Assembly (NCBI GenBank): GCA_020430775.1
Contig: JAGQJE010000206.1
Span: 1,837 to 65,836 of the forward strand
Source of the DNA: Myxococcales bacterium
Lineage (GTDB): Bacteria; Myxococcota_A; Polyangia; Polyangiales; Houyiibacteriaceae
Length of the DNA stretch: 64,000 nt
Direction of reading: 5' to 3'
Each line of letters opens with the position of its first letter. The stretch's first letter is position 1. The notes beneath the pieces are model-generated. The model was not told the DNA's origin. It was given only the letters and a program-made list of their open reading frames with translations, and searched no databases. The position numbers and the translations under genes were made by a program. Of the stretch, positions 16,439-25,284 are shown piece by piece.

Positions 16439-18859
16439 ATGAACGACACCGACCCCCGCAACCAAGAGCCCCAGCCGCAGGCTGGTGAGGCTCCCGAGCA
16501 GGCGCCCTCCGCGACGCCGAACACTCCCTCCGGCCCGGTGAGCGGACGCGATGCGTCCACGGATCTCCACACGGCGCCTACCGACCCGTCGCCGCCGCCG
16601 GGCCGGGCGAGCGCTGCAACGGAGGCCGCCGCTCCGGCGGACACGACCGCGCCGTCGCGCGAGCCGGCAGACGCCCAGAGCGCGCCCGCGGCGACGGTCG
16701 AGGCAGGCGCGAGCGAGGCGCCCGACGCAGGGGCCGACACGGCCGGCGGCGGTGCCGCCGAGGACGGCGCTCCTACGAAGAAGAAGCGCCGCCGCAAGAA
16801 GAAGAAGGCGAAGACGCCGGGCGCCGAGAGCGCCGACAAGAGCCACGCGCCCTTTGCGCACTTCTTCGAGGGCGCTGCGGGCCGGCGACATGCGTTCGGT
16901 GTGGGCGAGATCGTCGCCGGGCGCGTTCAGCGCGTCGGGGACGGCGCGATCGTCGTCGATCTCTTCGGCAAGGCCATCGCGGTGGCGGACGAGCGGGAGC
17001 CGCGCGAGATCGAGCCCCTCCCGGAGCCGACGGCGAAGAGCGAGCACGCGTCCGAGCAGGAGACGCCGGCCGAGACGGCGCCCCCCGCCGCGGAGTCGGC
17101 ACACGCGGGCGGCGAGACGGTGCGCGCGCCGTCCGGGCCCGGATCCCACGGCGTGACGGTGCCCGCGCCCTCGCCCGCCGACCGGACGGTCCCCGCGCCG
17201 CCCGCGGCGCCCGCGACCATGCGTTCTTCGACGGTGGACACCATCCCTGGCTTCCCCGCCGTGAACCCGGATCTCGCCGCTGACGGCGCGGCCGAGGCCG
17301 CCGGTCGTGAGCGCCTCGCGAGCGATGGCGCGCCGTCGCCCGCCGCCGTGCTCACCGAGGAAGAGCGCGCGCTCGGCGAGCTGGAGACCGTCTCGGGTAC
17401 GGTCGCGGCGCCTTCCGAACACCCGGTCGAGGACACCGCGCCCGCGGCCGCTGTAGGCGCGCCGCCGGCCGCTTCGGACGAGGCTCCGGCGCGCGACGCG
17501 ACGTCCGCGGAGGCGCCCTCGGCCGCTCCCGAGAGCGCCGCGGACGACGCCCCCGAGCCAGAGCCGCCTCCGCCTCCCGCGCTCGGCTCGATCTTCCGAG
17601 GCCGCGTCGGCGGCGTCGCCGAGAGCGGCCACATCGTGCTCGTCAACCGCGCGATCGACCGTGACGCGGCGCGCGCCAAGATCCTCGCGACGCGCGACGC
17701 GAAAGATCGCGTCTTGGGTCTGGTATACGGCTTCAATCGCGGCGGCTTCGACGTGCTCGTCGAGGGCATCCGCGCGTTCTGCCCGGCGAGCGCGATCTCC
17801 CTGCACCCAGTCGACGACCCCGCGGAGTTCGTCGGCCGGCGGCTCGAGTTCACCGTCCCGGAGAACAAGAGCGGCGGGCGCGGGATCATCCTGTCGCGTC
17901 GCTCGGTCCTCGAGCGGGAGGCGCGCAAGCTGGCCCGCGAGCGCATGAAGACGCTGACGGCGGGCGAGCGGCTCGCCGGGCGCGTGACGCACGTGCGCGA
18001 GTTCGGTGCGCTCGTCGACATCGGCGACGGCGTCGAGGGGCTCGTGCACCAGAGCGAGCTGAGCTGGACGCGCGGGGTGCGTCCGGCCGACGTCGTCAAG
18101 CCCGGTGACGAGGTCGAGGTGGAGGTGCTCGCCGTCCACCCGCCCTCGCGCAAGGACCGCTACGGCAAGCTGTCGCTGTCGCTCCGCGCGTGCTTGCCGG
18201 ATCCGTGGGACCAGGCCGGCGGCGAGGTGCTGTCGCCCGGGTCGGTGCGCAAGGGCCGCGTCGTGCGCACGGCAGAGTTCGGCGCGTTCGTCGAGATCGC
18301 GCCCGGGGTGGACGGACTCGTCCACATCAGCGAGCTCGGCGGCCGGGACGTCACCCACGCGAACCAGGTCGTCAACGAGGGCGACGAGCTCGACGTGGTC
18401 GTCGAGCGCGTCGATCGCAAGCAGCGGCGCATCTCGCTCTCGAAGCTGACCGCCGAAGACCTGGCCGCGATCGAGTCCGGCGAGCTCGACCCGAAGAAGG
18501 CGCACATCTCGCTGCGCCCAGGGACGCACGTGACGGTCATCATCAAGCGCGTCGAGCACCACGGCATGCAGGTGCAGGTCGACGGCGTCCTCGGCAAGCG
18601 CGGCCGCGGCTACATCTCGAACCGGGACCTCCCGGAGTCCGGCGAGCGCGGCAAGCAGCTCACCGCCGGCAGCAAGGTCGACGTGAAGATCGCCGGGACC
18701 GATCGCGACGGCCGGCTGCGCTGCACCATCAAGGGGCTCTTGCTCGACGAGGAGCGCAAGGCGGTCAAGGAGTACCGGCGCGAGGCTGCGAAGCAGGGGC
18801 TCGGGACCTTCGGCGACCTGCTCCGCGCGAAGCTCGGGCAGCAGGGCGACGACCAGTAG
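16439..18859 (+). CDS. Ribosomal protein S1-like multi-S1-domain RNA-binding protein with long low-complexity N-terminal and internal regions
   Basis: Several S1 (OB) repeats, e.g. GRVTHVREFGALVDIGDGVEGLVHQSELSW, GRVVRTAEFGAFVEIAPGVDGLVHISEL and an IIKRVEHHGMQVQV.. repeat. An N-terminal ~380 aa is Pro/Ala/Glu-rich and includes KKKRRRKKKKAK. Confidence 0.85.
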   Translation: MNDTDPRNQEPQPQAGEAPEQAPSATPNTPSGPVSGRDASTDLHTAPTDPSPPPGRASAATEAAAPADTTAPSREPADAQSAPAATVEAGASEAPDAGADTAGGGAAEDGAPTKKKRRRKKKKAKTPGAESADKSHAPFAHFFEGAAGRRHAFGVGEIVAGRVQRVGDGAIVVDLFGKAIAVADEREPREIEPLPEPTAKSEHASEQETPAETAPPAAESAHAGGETVRAPSGPGSHGVTVPAPSPADRTVPAPPAAPATMRSSTVDTIPGFPAVNPDLAADGAAEAAGRERLASDGAPSPAAVLTEEERALGELETVSGTVAAPSEHPVEDTAPAAAVGAPPAASDEAPARDATSAEAPSAAPESAADDAPEPEPPPPPALGSIFRGRVGGVAESGHIVLVNRAIDRDAARAKILATRDAKDRVLGLVYGFNRGGFDVLVEGIRAFCPASAISLHPVDDPAEFVGRRLEFTVPENKSGGRGIILSRRSVLEREARKLARERMKTLTAGERLAGRVTHVREFGALVDIGDGVEGLVHQSELSWTRGVRPADVVKPGDEVEVEVLAVHPPSRKDRYGKLSLSLRACLPDPWDQAGGEVLSPGSVRKGRVVRTAEFGAFVEIAPGVDGLVHISELGGRDVTHANQVVNEGDELDVVVERVDRKQRRISLSKLTAEDLAAIESGELDPKKAHISLRPGTHVTVIIKRVEHHGMQVQVDGVLGKRGRGYISNRDLPESGERGKQLTAGSKVDVKIAGTDRDGRLRCTIKGLLLDEERKAVKEYRREAAKQGLGTFGDLLRAKLGQQGDDQ

Positions 18860-18903
18860 CGGCCCGCGCGCGGCGCCGTGTCGAGCGTGCGGGCGGTTCT
18901 GTC

Positions 18904-18932
18904 TTGCGACGCTAGGGGCGTGCGGCTATAGA
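18904..18932 (+). promoter_or_regulatory. Candidate sigma70-type promoter for tRNA-Val
   Basis: TTGCGA (18904-18909), 17 nt, TATAGA (18927-18932), about 60 nt upstream of the mature tRNA 5' end. Confidence 0.3.
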
Positions 18933-18937
18933 CTGCG

Positions 18938-18969
18938 CCCGCGGCCGGCTCGATGGAGCGGGCCGCGGG
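18938..18969 (+). other. GC hairpin (9-bp perfect stem, 14-nt loop) between the S1-like gene and tRNA-Val; either the S1 gene terminator or a tRNA leader structure
   Basis: CCCGCGGCC (18938-18946) pairs with GGCCGCGGG (18961-18969). No U-tract follows. Confidence 0.4.
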
Positions 18970-18991
18970 TCGACCGATTGACAATCCCGAA

Positions 18992-19063
18992 GGGCGATTA
19001 ACTCAGGGGTAGAGTGCCTTCTTCACACGGAGGAAGTCGCTGGTTCAAATCCAGCATCGCCCA
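18992..19063 (+). tRNA. tRNA-Val (anticodon CAC)
   Basis: Full cloverleaf folded by hand. It has a 7-bp acceptor stem GGGCGAT/ATCGCCC and a D-stem ACTC/GAGT. The anticodon stem CCTTC/GGAGG carries the loop TTCACAC (U33, anticodon CAC, A37). The T-arm is GCTGG-TTCAAAT-CCAGC and the discriminator is A. CCA is not fully encoded. Confidence 0.93.
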
Positions 19064-19159
19064 CCGACTGCACCCAGCCAGCGCTCGAACCGGCGACCGG
19101 CCACCGAGGAGCGCGCAGCGTGCCGGCCGCGCCCGGCGCCGCCCGCCCGGCGGCGAGCT

Positions 19160-20380
19160 TCAGCGCTGACGCGGCGCGACCCGGGCGCCGTCCTCGAGGC
19201 CCGCCGGGGGATACACCACGACGCGTGCGCCCGCCGCGAGCCCGCGCTCGACCTCGGCGTGCTCCCCGTCGTCGTGGGCAACCTCGACCCGTCGCCGAAC
19301 GGCCTCGCCGCCCCGCACCTCGAAGACGACCCAGCCGCCGCGGTCACGGAAGAGCGCGGCCGATGGGACGCGGAGCGCGTCATCGTCCGACCACACGGCG
19401 ATGTGCGCTTCTACGCGATAGTCGTCGCCGAGCCCCGCCCGGCTCGCGACCGGGTCGGTGAGCCGGACGGTCACGTCGACGCGCTGCTCCTCGACACCGA
19501 GCGCAGAGACCTTCGTGTAGCCCTTCGGGTCCACGCGTTCGACCGTCCCGTGGATGGTGGCGGGGCCGCCCCACCGATCGAGGTCCACTGGGTCGCCCGG
19601 GCTGACCCGCACCGCGTCCGCCGAGAGCAGCGGAACGACGACCTCGAGGTCGTCCTCGACGCTCCCGACCTCGAGGATGGGCGTCCCGGCGGGCAGCGTC
19701 CGCGCGCTCTTGTGCAGGACCCGGAGCACCCGACCGGTGACGGGCGCACGGACCACGATCGCGTCTTGCGTCTCCGCCGCCCCTGCGCCCTCGACCGGCT
19801 CGAGCAGGGCGTGGGCGCGTGCGAGGTCAGCCGTGCGGGCCGCGACGAGCGCCTCGGCCGCTCGCTGCGCCGCGTGCGCGACTGCGGCGCGCGTGCGGAT
19901 CTCCTCGAACGCGCGGCTGCTCAGCGTCTTGGCGAGGTAGAGCGGGCGTTGGCGCTCGAGGTCGCTCGCGGCCAGCTTCGCCTGCGCCCGGGCCTCGGTG
20001 AGCGTGGCGCGGGCCTGCCGAAGCCCGGCCTCGGCGCCACGGACCGCGGCCTGCGCCTCGGCCGTCGCGCGCGCGTCGAGCGGTGCGGGCGCGGCCGGCT
20101 GCACGCGTGCCAGGACCGTGTCGCCGGCGACGACGGGCGCTCCCGGGTCGAGCGTCACCCGCGACAGCGCGCCCGTGACGGGCATCGCCACGAGGTAGGG
20201 CTCGCGCAGGCGCGTGCGGCCCTCCTCGTCGATGGTCTCGGTCATCGGGCCCCGCGTGACCTCGGCGATGTCCACCGCCGCAGGTCGCGGCCGGAACGCC
20301 CAGACGGCCACGCCCGCGGCGAGCACGAGCGCCACGGCGAGGACGATCGTGCGGCGAGGCTTGCGGCGGTCGCGGGTCAC
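19160..20380 (-). CDS. HlyD/MacA-type periplasmic adaptor (membrane fusion protein) of an ABC exporter
   Basis: N-terminal TM anchor (TIVLAVALVLAAGVAVWAF), an A/R/Q-rich coiled-coil hairpin and C-terminal beta-barrel-like segments. Start re-set to GTG 20380, 5 nt after the permease stop; the track's 477-aa version overlaps the permease. Confidence 0.8.
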   Translation of the reverse strand: MTRDRRKPRRTIVLAVALVLAAGVAVWAFRPRPAAVDIAEVTRGPMTETIDEEGRTRLREPYLVAMPVTGALSRVTLDPGAPVVAGDTVLARVQPAAPAPLDARATAEAQAAVRGAEAGLRQARATLTEARAQAKLAASDLERQRPLYLAKTLSSRAFEEIRTRAAVAHAAQRAAEALVAARTADLARAHALLEPVEGAGAAETQDAIVVRAPVTGRVLRVLHKSARTLPAGTPILEVGSVEDDLEVVVPLLSADAVRVSPGDPVDLDRWGGPATIHGTVERVDPKGYTKVSALGVEEQRVDVTVRLTDPVASRAGLGDDYRVEAHIAVWSDDDALRVPSAALFRDRGGWVVFEVRGGEAVRRRVEVAHDDGEHAEVERGLAAGARVVVYPPAGLEDGARVAPRQR

Positions 20381-20385
20381 GTGCG

Positions 20386-22764
20386 CTACTCCCGGGTCTT
20401 CAGGGTGGAGACGACGTCCATCCGCGCGATCTCGCGGACGACGAGGGCGCTCGAGCCGACCGCGGCCGTCAGGACGCCGAGCGCGGCCTCGCCGTACGCC
20501 GCCGGCGAGGAGACGACGGGGATCTGGTACTGCTCCGTGCTGAAGGCGGCGGCGACCACGAAGCTCAGGTGGTGGCCGAGCCAGGCGCCGCACGGCAGGG
20601 CGAGCAGGGTGATCACGCCCAGCTCGCCGAGCAGCACGAACGCGACCTCGGCCCGCGAGAAGCCAAGCACGCGGAGCGTCGCGAGCTCCGAGGCACGCTC
20701 GGCGAAGGCGATCCGCGCCGTGTTGAAGACGATGCCAAAGGTGATGACGGCGGCCATCGCCGTCAGGATGAAGCGCATGGCGCCCGCGCCCGTGTCGAGC
20801 AGCTTCACGAGCGCCCGACGGACCTCGCGCTTGACGCTCACGCCGGCGACGGCGGGCATCCCGGCGAGCTCCCTCAGCACCGGACGCTCCTGCGCTCTGT
20901 CGACGCGCACGAACGCGCCGGAGAGCCTGCCGGGCTCTCTGAGGGCGCGGTCGAGGGCGTCGAGGCGCATGAACGCGGGCGCGCCGAGCGCGACGTCGGC
21001 GACGGCGGTGACGGGCAGCTCGAGGACCGGGCGCCTGCCCTCGCGCACGGCGGCCTCGATGTGCGAGCCGGGGCGTGCATCGAGCAGGCGCGCGAGCGTC
21101 GTCGAGAGCACGAGCCCGCGCTCCGGCAGCGAGAGCGCGCGCCCGGCGGGATCGACCGCGCGGTACAGGCGCGCGTCGGGCGGCAGGCCGGTGATCGCGC
21201 CGCGGTGCGTGTGTAGCCCGTGGCGCAGCTCGACCGGGACGTCGCGGACGGGCTGGACGTCGAGCACGCCGTGCGTGTGGGCGAGCTCGAGCGCAGCCGC
21301 GCGCGCCTGCGGCTGGGTGAAGATCACGGCGACGTCGCTGCGGTCGACCACGTCGAAGCTCCGAGAGACGAGGGTGTCATAGCTCGCGAGGATCGCGAGC
21401 ATCGCGACCGTGAGCGCCATGCTCAGCGCGATGCCGGCGATGGCGCCGCCGCTGCGCGCCGGGTGTCGGAGCAGGCGTCTCGCGACCATGCGAGCGACCG
21501 GCCGCGCGTTGCGGAACAGGACGGCGAGGTGGCGGGCCGGGCTCCGGCCGTACACCGGGGGCGTGGGCGGCTGCATGGCCTCCGCGGGCGCGAGCGCCGA
21601 CAGTCGCCGGAGCACCCCGAGCCCTGCCACCGAGGCTGCCCCCGCGCTCGCGACGAAGCCGGTGACTACCGACCAGGGCTCCGCGTGGAAGGGGAGCGAC
21701 GGGAAGCGGAAGAAGTGCAGGTAGAACCCCGCCATCGCGTGCCCCGCCGCCACGCCGAGCGCGCTGCCGGCGAGCGCGCCCCCGAGCGCGATGACGAGGA
21801 CGAACTGCAGGTAGTGTGCGCCGACCTCGTAGGCCGTGTAGCCGAAGGCCTCGAGCAGGCCGATCTGCTCGCGCTCCGCCTGCACCATGCGCGAGATGAC
21901 GATGTAGAGCAGAAACGCCGCGACCCCCAGGAAGATGGGCGGCACCCCGGCGCTGACGGCGCGCAGGCCTGCGATCTCGTCGCTGACGAATTGGTTCGAT
22001 CGCTGGTCGCGCAGCGCGAACGCGCCCGTCGACCCGTAGCGAGCGAGCACGCGGTCGGTCGCCGCGAGCACAGCGGCCTCTCGGGCGTCGGGGGTCAGCG
22101 CGAGCAGCGCCTCGTTGAACGAGTCTCGCAGGCCGTATGCGGCGGCGGCCCCGCGCCGGCCCATCCAGATCACGGCGTAGCGGGCCGGGTCGGCGGCGAT
22201 CTCGCCGGGCGGCGTCGCGTAGATGAGCTCGGGCGACTCGGCGACGCCTACCACGGGCAGCCCGCGGCGGATGCCGTGGAGCGTGACGTCGAGCGTGTCG
22301 CCGGGGGCGATGCCGCGCGCGTCGGCGAAGCCGCGCAGCACGACCACGTCGTCCGGGTGGGCGGCGTCGACGGTGTGCCCGCGCACGAGGCGGATGGCGT
22401 TGAGGGTCGGGGCGCCGTCGTCCGGCAAGGAGAGCAGCCGCGCGCGGAGCGGGCCGGGCTCTCCGGCGACGTGGATCAACGCGGGACCGCTGATCCTGCC
22501 GGCCGCCCGGGACACGCCTTGGATGCTGGACAGCGCCCCGAGCACGCGATCGGGCGCGCGCTCGACCGGCGCGAAGACGTCCGCCATCCGGTAGCGGGCG
22601 TAGTAGGCCGCCTTGGTCTGGCTCAGCGACGTGACGAGCCCGGACATCATCACGAGCAACATGACGCCGACCGCGATGACCAGCGCGATCGCGAGCGCCT
22701 GCGCCCTCGCGTGGCGGAGGTCGCGGAGCAGCTTGCGGTGCAGCGGGCTCAGCATCGACGTCAC
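20386..22764 (-). CDS. ABC exporter permease with duplicated FtsX/MacB-type modules (792 aa)
   Basis: N-terminus [28 protein letters not shown]. Two FtsX-like 4-TM units are each preceded by a large extracytoplasmic domain. The GTG start forms a GTGA overlap with the ATPase stop. Confidence 0.85.
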   Translation of the reverse strand: MTSMLSPLHRKLLRDLRHARAQALAIALVIAVGVMLLVMMSGLVTSLSQTKAAYYARYRMADVFAPVERAPDRVLGALSSIQGVSRAAGRISGPALIHVAGEPGPLRARLLSLPDDGAPTLNAIRLVRGHTVDAAHPDDVVVLRGFADARGIAPGDTLDVTLHGIRRGLPVVGVAESPELIYATPPGEIAADPARYAVIWMGRRGAAAAYGLRDSFNEALLALTPDAREAAVLAATDRVLARYGSTGAFALRDQRSNQFVSDEIAGLRAVSAGVPPIFLGVAAFLLYIVISRMVQAEREQIGLLEAFGYTAYEVGAHYLQFVLVIALGGALAGSALGVAAGHAMAGFYLHFFRFPSLPFHAEPWSVVTGFVASAGAASVAGLGVLRRLSALAPAEAMQPPTPPVYGRSPARHLAVLFRNARPVARMVARRLLRHPARSGGAIAGIALSMALTVAMLAILASYDTLVSRSFDVVDRSDVAVIFTQPQARAAALELAHTHGVLDVQPVRDVPVELRHGLHTHRGAITGLPPDARLYRAVDPAGRALSLPERGLVLSTTLARLLDARPGSHIEAAVREGRRPVLELPVTAVADVALGAPAFMRLDALDRALREPGRLSGAFVRVDRAQERPVLRELAGMPAVAGVSVKREVRRALVKLLDTGAGAMRFILTAMAAVITFGIVFNTARIAFAERASELATLRVLGFSRAEVAFVLLGELGVITLLALPCGAWLGHHLSFVVAAAFSTEQYQIPVVSSPAAYGEAALGVLTAAVGSSALVVREIARMDVVSTLKTRE

Positions 22765-23540
22765 CAGGCGATGTCGTCCGGCGAGGCGGGGTGCTCGTTC
22801 GTCGTGACCTCACGGACGCGCCCGTCGGCGAAGTGCACGACGCGATCGGCCATCGCCGCGGTCGCCGCCGCGTGCGTGACGATCAGCACGGTCGTCCCGA
22901 GCCGCTCGTTCATGTCGCGGAGCACGCGCAGGATCGCTCGACCCGTGACGCTGTCGAGCGCCCCCGTCGGCTCATCGCAAAAGAGCACGCGCGGGCGCTT
23001 GGCGACGGCGCGGGCGATGGCGACGCGCTGCTGCTCGCCGCCCGAGAGCTGCGCAGGAAAGTGCGCCGCGCGCGACCGCAGGCCGACGAGCGCGAGCGCC
23101 TCGGTCGGGTCCATCGGGGAGGGCGCGATCTCGGTGACGAGCTCGACGTTCTCGCGCGCGGTGAGACTCGGTATGAGGTTATAGAACTGGAACACGAAGC
23201 CGATGTGCGCGCGCCGATAGCGCGTGAGCGCCGCGTCGCTGAGCGCGGTGAGGTCGCGGCCGTCGAAGCGCACGTCGCCGCTGCTCGCGCGGTCGAGCCC
23301 GCCGATGATGTTCAACAGCGTCGACTTGCCGCTGCCCGACGGGCCGAGGAGCACGACGAGCTCGCCCGACGGGAGCGCGAGGTCGACGCCGCGGAGCGCG
23401 TGCACCGCGGCCGCCCCCTCACCGTAGACGCGCGTCACGCCTCGCACCTCGAAGGCCAGCGCGGGCGCGGGGTCGACCGACTCGGGCCCGCCCTCCGGCG
23501 TGCGAGCCTCCGTGTCGCCGGCCGCGGTGCGCGCGCTCAT
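22761..23540 (-). CDS. ABC transporter ATP-binding protein (MacB/LolD-like clade)
   Basis: Walker [10 protein letters not shown], signature [15 protein letters not shown], Walker [13 protein letters not shown]. Start re-set to ATG 23540 (ATGA overlap with the rluD stop). The upstream 285 aa of the track ORF is a shadow of rluD. Confidence 0.92.
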   Translation of the reverse strand: MSARTAAGDTEARTPEGGPESVDPAPALAFEVRGVTRVYGEGAAAVHALRGVDLALPSGELVVLLGPSGSGKSTLLNIIGGLDRASSGDVRFDGRDLTALSDAALTRYRRAHIGFVFQFYNLIPSLTARENVELVTEIAPSPMDPTEALALVGLRSRAAHFPAQLSGGEQQRVAIARAVAKRPRVLFCDEPTGALDSVTGRAILRVLRDMNERLGTTVLIVTHAAATAAMADRVVHFADGRVREVTTNEHPASPDDIAW

Positions 23541-24532
23541 GGGGCCGGCTGCTCCCGCAGCGCCGCGAGCGCCCGCTCGAGGTCGCTCGGGGGCGGCGTC
23601 TCGAAGCGGAGCGGCTCGCCGGAGATGGGGTGCGCGAGCGCCAGCGTCGACGCGTGCAGCGCCTGACGCCCGAGCTGCGCGGCGATCGCCCGCAGCCTCG
23701 GGTCCCGTGGGGATCGCCCGTAGACCGGATCGCCGAGCACCGGCGTGCCGTGGTCGGCGAGGTGTACGCGGATCTGGTGGGTGCGTCCGGTGTCGAGACG
23801 GCACTCCACCCGCGCTGCGCCGGCGAAGCGCTCGAGTCGCTCGACATGGGTCACCGCCCGCTTGCCGCGGGTGACGGTCGACGAGAAGCGCTTTCGGTGC
23901 ACGGGGTGCCGGCCGTAGAGCGTGTCGTACGTCACCCGCTCGGGTGGGTGGTCGACGACGAGCGCGGTGTAGCGGCGGTCGAGGTCGTGCGCCTGAAAGC
24001 ACGCCACGAGCTTCGCGTGCGCCTCGGGGCTCTTCGCGACGATCATCACGCCGCTCGTGTCCTTGTCGAGGCGGTGCACGATGCCCGGCCGCAGCCCTGT
24101 CCCGGCATCGACGCCGAGCCCGTGGTGGACCAGCGCGTTGACCAGCGTGCCGCTCGGGTGGCCGGGCGCCGGGTGGACGACGAGCCCCGCCGGCTTGTCG
24201 ACGACGAGGACGTGGGCGTCTTCGAAGAGGACGACGAGCGGGATGGGGTCGGGCAGGGCCTCGCTCGGCGGCGGCGGCGCCGGCTGAACCACCACGGTCG
24301 ACGCGGCGAGGGCCCGGGTCTTGCGCGTCGCGGGGACGCCGTCGAGCGTGACGCGGCCCTCTTCGATCCAGCGCTGGATCGTGCTGCGGGACCACCCAAG
24401 GTCGCGCGCGGCGAGCACGCGATCGAGGCGCTCTCCGTGCTCGCGCCGCTCGAGCGTGAGCGTGACGCCGGCAGGCTCCTCGCCGTCGTTCGCGCGCGGG
24501 GGCGGGTCTCGATGAGCCCGCGGGTCCGACAT
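23537..24532 (-). CDS. rluD: 23S rRNA pseudouridine synthase, RluD subfamily (S4 domain plus RluA-type catalytic domain)
   Basis: S4-like N-terminus (RLDRVLA....[18 protein letters not shown]), [13 protein letters not shown], catalytic HRLDKDTSG, and [10 protein letters not shown]. Confidence 0.92.
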   Translation of the reverse strand: MSDPRAHRDPPPRANDGEEPAGVTLTLERREHGERLDRVLAARDLGWSRSTIQRWIEEGRVTLDGVPATRKTRALAASTVVVQPAPPPPSEALPDPIPLVVLFEDAHVLVVDKPAGLVVHPAPGHPSGTLVNALVHHGLGVDAGTGLRPGIVHRLDKDTSGVMIVAKSPEAHAKLVACFQAHDLDRRYTALVVDHPPERVTYDTLYGRHPVHRKRFSSTVTRGKRAVTHVERLERFAGAARVECRLDTGRTHQIRVHLADHGTPVLGDPVYGRSPRDPRLRAIAAQLGRQALHASTLALAHPISGEPLRFETPPPSDLERALAALREQPAP

Positions 24533-24533
24533 C

Positions 24534-25181
24534 TCAGCCGAGCTTTTCGAGCAAGCCGCTCGCGTTCGCCTGCATGTCGATGTTGCGAAACACGCAGAAC
24601 GTGGTCGCCGCGTCGAGGGAGCGGATGTGGCCCGCGATGTCGTCGATGCTGGACTCGTCGTAGCGCGAGCGGTGCCCCGCCGGCCCCGGCAGGCGCAGGT
24701 AGACGAGGTCCGACGCGGGGGGCGGATCGTCGAGGAGCGGATCGTAGGCCGCGACGACCGGGCGATCGCCGCACGCCTTGACGACGTCGGCGGGCTTCCA
24801 CGCGGGCAGGTCGAGGACGACGGGCGGCATGTCGGGAGGTACGAAGCCGAGGAAGGCCTTGACCGCGGCGCGGGCGGCTTTGCTGTGCTTGAAGTCGTCG
24901 GGCGCCTGAAAGACGACGGCGTGCGCGTGGAGCCGCGTCGCGAGCGCTGCGACCGCCTCGCAGGCGGCCTTGTTGTCCTTGGTGCGCCGGAAACCCGACT
25001 CCGAGACGCTCTTCGGACCGAGCACGGTGAACGCGAACCCCTTGGGCGCCTCCCGGAGCCATCGCCGGACGGTCCCCTGCCCGGGGATGGCGATCTCCGT
25101 GTCGGATATCTCCACCGAGAGGAACTCCTGGAAGTAGCGGCTCACCGGGACGGGGAAGCCTGAGCACGCGACGAAGAACAT
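24534..25181 (-). CDS. DUF72 (UPF0759)-like protein
   Basis: Order of conserved patches fits DUF72 from memory: ..F..VEI..T, W...APKGFAFTV, VVFQAP..F, LRLPGP....RY, FCVFRN....ANA. Divergent, and not verified by search. Confidence 0.6.
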   Translation of the reverse strand: MFFVACSGFPVPVSRYFQEFLSVEISDTEIAIPGQGTVRRWLREAPKGFAFTVLGPKSVSESGFRRTKDNKAACEAVAALATRLHAHAVVFQAPDDFKHSKAARAAVKAFLGFVPPDMPPVVLDLPAWKPADVVKACGDRPVVAAYDPLLDDPPPASDLVYLRLPGPAGHRSRYDESSIDDIAGHIRSLDAATTFCVFRNIDMQANASGLLEKLG

Positions 25182-25284
25182 CGCGGCGGAGTATACAGAT
25201 TGCGTCCCGGGGTCGAAAGTGGCGCGAGACTCTGCGGGCGCTTCGTGTAGGCTACCGGGCGTGCCGCAGGAACTGGACGCGCGT

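Noticed and set aside
18977-18982. A perfect TTGACA hexamer 10 nt upstream of tRNA-Val as its -35 element
   Set aside because: It is too close: the corresponding -10 element and TSS would fall inside the mature tRNA. The TTGCGA-17-TATAGA pair at 18904-18932 is geometrically plausible instead.
23541-24395. A 544-aa version of the ABC ATPase ORF overlapping rluD; similarly, extended N-termini of the maf (40968..42500), purB, nadC, dodecin and hydrolase ORFs
   Set aside because: The extra N-terminal parts overlap recognised genes or have Arg/Pro-rich shadow composition. Internal ATG or GTG starts give canonical family lengths and tidy 4-nt overlaps or short gaps.
18992-25181. A tRNA-Val-adjacent genomic island containing the ABC exporter
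   Set aside because: There is no integrase or recombinase, and I noticed no direct repeat of the tRNA 3' end. There is no visible compositional shift. The exporter genes are translationally coupled to the core gene rluD.
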